A stretch of DNA of 64,000 bases from an uncultured Spirochaetota bacterium (GTDB lineage Bacteria > Spirochaetota > Brevinematia > Brevinematales > JAOACQ01). This document shows, in pieces, positions 61,184-64,000 of the stretch. Location: assembly GCA_963835575.1 (NCBI GenBank), contig CAWIGG010000004.1, forward strand, positions 768,001 to 832,000, written 5' to 3'. Position 1 is the stretch's first letter; each line of letters begins with the position of its first letter. A program made the translations under genes and the position numbers. The notes beneath the pieces are model-generated. The model searched no databases and was not told the DNA's origin. It saw only the letters and a program-made list of their open reading frames with translations.

Positions 61184-63559
61184 TTAAAATTCAAACCCTT
61201 TATTTTCAAATAAATTCAGGCAGGCATCGACGACATTTGCATCATAAAGTATGCCTTTATTATTTTTTATTTCATCCAGGGCTTTTTTAATGCCGAGCGC
61301 CGGGCGGTAAGGCCGGTGGCTGGCCATCGCTTCCACAACATCAGCGACGTTCAGGATCCTGGCTTCAATATAAATTTCATCTCCGGAAATATTACGGGGA
61401 TATCCTTTGCCGTTTATTCTTTCGTGGTGCTGATAAACTATTTCCGCGATAGGCCAGGGGAAATTGATGGGCTTTAAAATATCATACGCGATTTTAGGAT
61501 GGACTTTAATCAGATTAAATTCCTCTTCGAGCAGCTGGCCGGGTTTATTCAGAATTTCCGCGGGGACATAAATTTTGCCGAGATCGTGGACCTGCGCCGA
61601 CAGCCGGATGGCCTCGACCTGGTCCTTGGACAGCTTCATCTCCTGGGCAATAGCTCTCGCGAGGCTGGCCACCCTGTGCTGATGACCGGCGGTATAAGGG
61701 TCCCTGGCCTCTACTGTCATGGCTAATGTCTGGATAAAGCCGCTCATAATCTGCCGGAGCTCATTCAGGCGCTGGTTCTGCTCCTTTAAATAGGTTTTCT
61801 GCAGTTTTACCTGATCAAACAGAATAAAGCTCTGCAGTTTTGTGCTGATAATCCTGCGGAGCTCGCCGTAAATTCTGCCTTTTACAGGCCCGAGCTCAAA
61901 AACGGCAATACCGAGCTGGTCATGATGGCTGAGCGTTTCAATGATGATGGAATAACGCCTGTCCAGAGGGAGCAGTCCTTCGGGAAGGAGTTTATAAGCA
62001 GGGAAACTCTTTGAATAATTTTTAATATTGATGGGCAAATTGTCAATTATCCCCATATAAAGCCTGGCTTTTTCTGCTTTGCCGTCATACAGCGATATGT
62101 AGGCGTTCGGGATTCCCAGCTTCGGTATTATTGATGATAGAATCTTCATAATGCTGTTTTCCTCATAAACATCCATGAGATCGCCGTTCAAGTTATGAAG
62201 AGTAATAAATTCGTCTATTGTTGAGTATTGGTTTTGCGCCTGCTCCACATTAAATTTTTCGCCTATCAATATTCTGACCAGATGAAAAAACGTATCGGCT
62301 TTATATAAATCTATTGCCGAATCATTAACGTGAAGCATTATCAGGCTGCGGAATTCGGTTACAAAGCGGTGTGGGGACATGATTTTATTGCTGTCGATAT
62401 CGTAAATGAGATTATTCCACTGGAGAAGATAAGCCCTGCCGTCAATAGAGCCGTTTAAAAATTGACTGAAAAGACGGAGGGTCACGATTATCTTATTTTT
62501 TAAGGGGTTCGGAATCTTTACATTGAATTGATCTATAAAATATTGAATGCATTCATCCATGTCTTTGAATTTAATGCTGCCCGGCAATTTCTCCTTATTA
62601 TTGAAGCCATGTTCCATCATATGGGTTATTTCATTGGAAAAGCACCCGCATGATTCCCTGACGACCAATTGAGGCTTGAATAAAGTCTTGGCGGGGATCT
62701 GTTCTCCCCGGATCTGTTTTAAAAGGAGCTCAATTGCGATTGTTCCCTGTTCAATCAGCGACTGATTGACCGTAGTCAGAGGCGGAAAACTCTGGACGCT
62801 GATAAGGCTGTTGTCAAAGCCGCCGACGGCAACTTCTGCAGGCACTTTAATGCCTCTGGCGGTCAGGGCCTTAATTGCTCCTGCCGCCATATCGTCATTG
62901 GCGGCTATTACGGCATCAAATTCGGCTTTTCTTTCATCCAGCAGAACCTTGACGGCTTCTTCACCCGAACTTATTGTAAAATCCCCGAAATAAATCAGCC
63001 GGTCATCCTTACTCATATGATGATTCTTAAGGGTATTGAGAAAAGCGTCCAGCCGTTCCTGGGCCTCCTGATTATTCAGGGGGCCGCTGATATAAGCTAT
63101 TTTTTTAAAATTATGGCTTTTGATAAAATGCTCGGTCAGCAGCTTTATTCCTTCTTTATTATCTACAAAAAGAGACGGGATCCTGTCCAGCTCATAGGAA
63201 ATGCTGATGATAGGAACCGGCAGAAACTTCTCAAAAAAAGCATTGACTGATGATGAATCGATAAAATGCCCCAGCGCGCCGGTCAGCATTATAATGCCGT
63301 CGAGTTTAAGATTCGGAATATAGCTGTATATGATATTCCTGTTTGATTCATATTTACGGGTGGATCCTATCGCTCCGCCCTCGAAAATAATTAAATTGAT
63401 GTCCTCTTCAACTGCTTTCTTCTGTATACTTTCCAGGAGACTTTGCTCTATGGGGTTATCAAGCCAGTCTGCCAGAAATGCTAATGTACAGCGTTTTTTT
63501 TCTTCCGGGTGAAGATTGGAGAAATTGTTTTGTTCCTTTCTAGCTCTTTTCATAGGCAT
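61184..63559 (-). CDS. HD-GYP phosphodiesterase with an N-terminal LacI-type sugar-binding sensor domain
   Basis: VDNKEG, KIAYISGP, GDFT..SG, AANDDMA, GGFD, PPLTTV with no HTH; RDPYTAGHQ, HDLGK, HHERINGKGYP. Confidence 0.88.
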   Translation of the reverse strand: MPMKRARKEQNNFSNLHPEEKKRCTLAFLADWLDNPIEQSLLESIQKKAVEEDINLIIFEGGAIGSTRKYESNRNIIYSYIPNLKLDGIIMLTGALGHFIDSSSVNAFFEKFLPVPIISISYELDRIPSLFVDNKEGIKLLTEHFIKSHNFKKIAYISGPLNNQEAQERLDAFLNTLKNHHMSKDDRLIYFGDFTISSGEEAVKVLLDERKAEFDAVIAANDDMAAGAIKALTARGIKVPAEVAVGGFDNSLISVQSFPPLTTVNQSLIEQGTIAIELLLKQIRGEQIPAKTLFKPQLVVRESCGCFSNEITHMMEHGFNNKEKLPGSIKFKDMDECIQYFIDQFNVKIPNPLKNKIIVTLRLFSQFLNGSIDGRAYLLQWNNLIYDIDSNKIMSPHRFVTEFRSLIMLHVNDSAIDLYKADTFFHLVRILIGEKFNVEQAQNQYSTIDEFITLHNLNGDLMDVYEENSIMKILSSIIPKLGIPNAYISLYDGKAEKARLYMGIIDNLPINIKNYSKSFPAYKLLPEGLLPLDRRYSIIIETLSHHDQLGIAVFELGPVKGRIYGELRRIISTKLQSFILFDQVKLQKTYLKEQNQRLNELRQIMSGFIQTLAMTVEARDPYTAGHQHRVASLARAIAQEMKLSKDQVEAIRLSAQVHDLGKIYVPAEILNKPGQLLEEEFNLIKVHPKIAYDILKPINFPWPIAEIVYQHHERINGKGYPRNISGDEIYIEARILNVADVVEAMASHRPYRPALGIKKALDEIKNNKGILYDANVVDACLNLFENKGFEF

Positions 63560-63687
63560 AATAATACTCCGAACGGCGCTTTCGATTCATTCTATACCAA
63601 AAATATTAAAAGGGCAATAATAAATTTATATTAATAAATTTATATTAATTCTTTGATTGAGCGGTTTTTTGCAGTACATTTTCTGTT

Positions 63688-63999
63688 TTAAATCTTAATT
63701 TTCCTGCGGACAGGGGGCTTTTTCGAAAAAGCGAAAGGAAGGCACAAGAGCCCGAATATGACCGCTCCCATAAGCTCCAGCCCGATAAGATACCTGGGAG
63801 AAGGCCCGAATATTTGAACAAACAGATCGATCACTGAGCCGTTGGGCGGCTGATAACTGACAAAAAAATAATTTCCCGGTTCAAAGGGCGGCACAAATTT
63901 TAAAAGATAATTGATCACAAAAATAAGGCCTACAGTAATATTGGTTATAATAAAGACCCTGATAAAAGATAGGATACCGATTCTTATACTGAATATGCG
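63688..63999 (-). CDS. YwaF/TIGR02206-like membrane protein (5'-partial)
   Basis: Frame is open to the window end; INYLL...GNYFFV...P...SVIDL...GP.P.Y. Confidence 0.55.
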   Translation of the reverse strand, partial: RIFSIRIGILSFIRVFIITNITVGLIFVINYLLKFVPPFEPGNYFFVSYQPPNGSVIDLFVQIFGPSPRYLIGLELMGAVIFGLLCLPFAFSKKPPVRRKIKI

Positions 64000-64000
64000 T

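Noticed and set aside
63618..63645. Tandem 14-bp repeat taataaatttatat upstream of the HD-GYP gene
   Set aside because: Pure A/T low-complexity sequence; a slippage duplication is as likely as an operator.

Overview
Bacterial chromosomal window, probably from a spirochaete. This is an inference from a FliO/FliZ gene, a DUF3996-like small barrel, LA_2272-type repeats and an FlgD-Ig-repeat/OmpA protein. Housekeeping content: a complete rRNA operon (16S, tRNA-Ile, tRNA-Ala, 23S, 5S), tRNA-Glu/Gln/Gly, tkt, mnmA, glgX, mraY and trmI. Accessory content: (i) a MocR-led cluster of acetyltransferase and redox genes; (ii) polyol-type genes; (iii) an orphan MntA antitoxin; (iv) a type IIG restriction-modification gene with a low-GC specificity segment, overlapping a REP-associated tyrosine transposase (RAYT) gene; (v) a 10-kb envelope/export operon with a 21-bp-period direct repeat in its promoter and a LytTR regulator/membrane partner at its far end; (vi) cyclic-nucleotide signalling genes. 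The most striking non-gene signal is a GTAG-type REP family. It lies in frame inside the RAYT gene, twice in frame inside a TPR protein gene, and in two spacers of the rRNA operon. Several other palindromic families, a candidate MITE, a degenerate tRNA-Gly copy and several disrupted genes are also present. No CRISPR array, prophage or reverse transcriptase was seen. All calls come from motif reading only; no database search was run.
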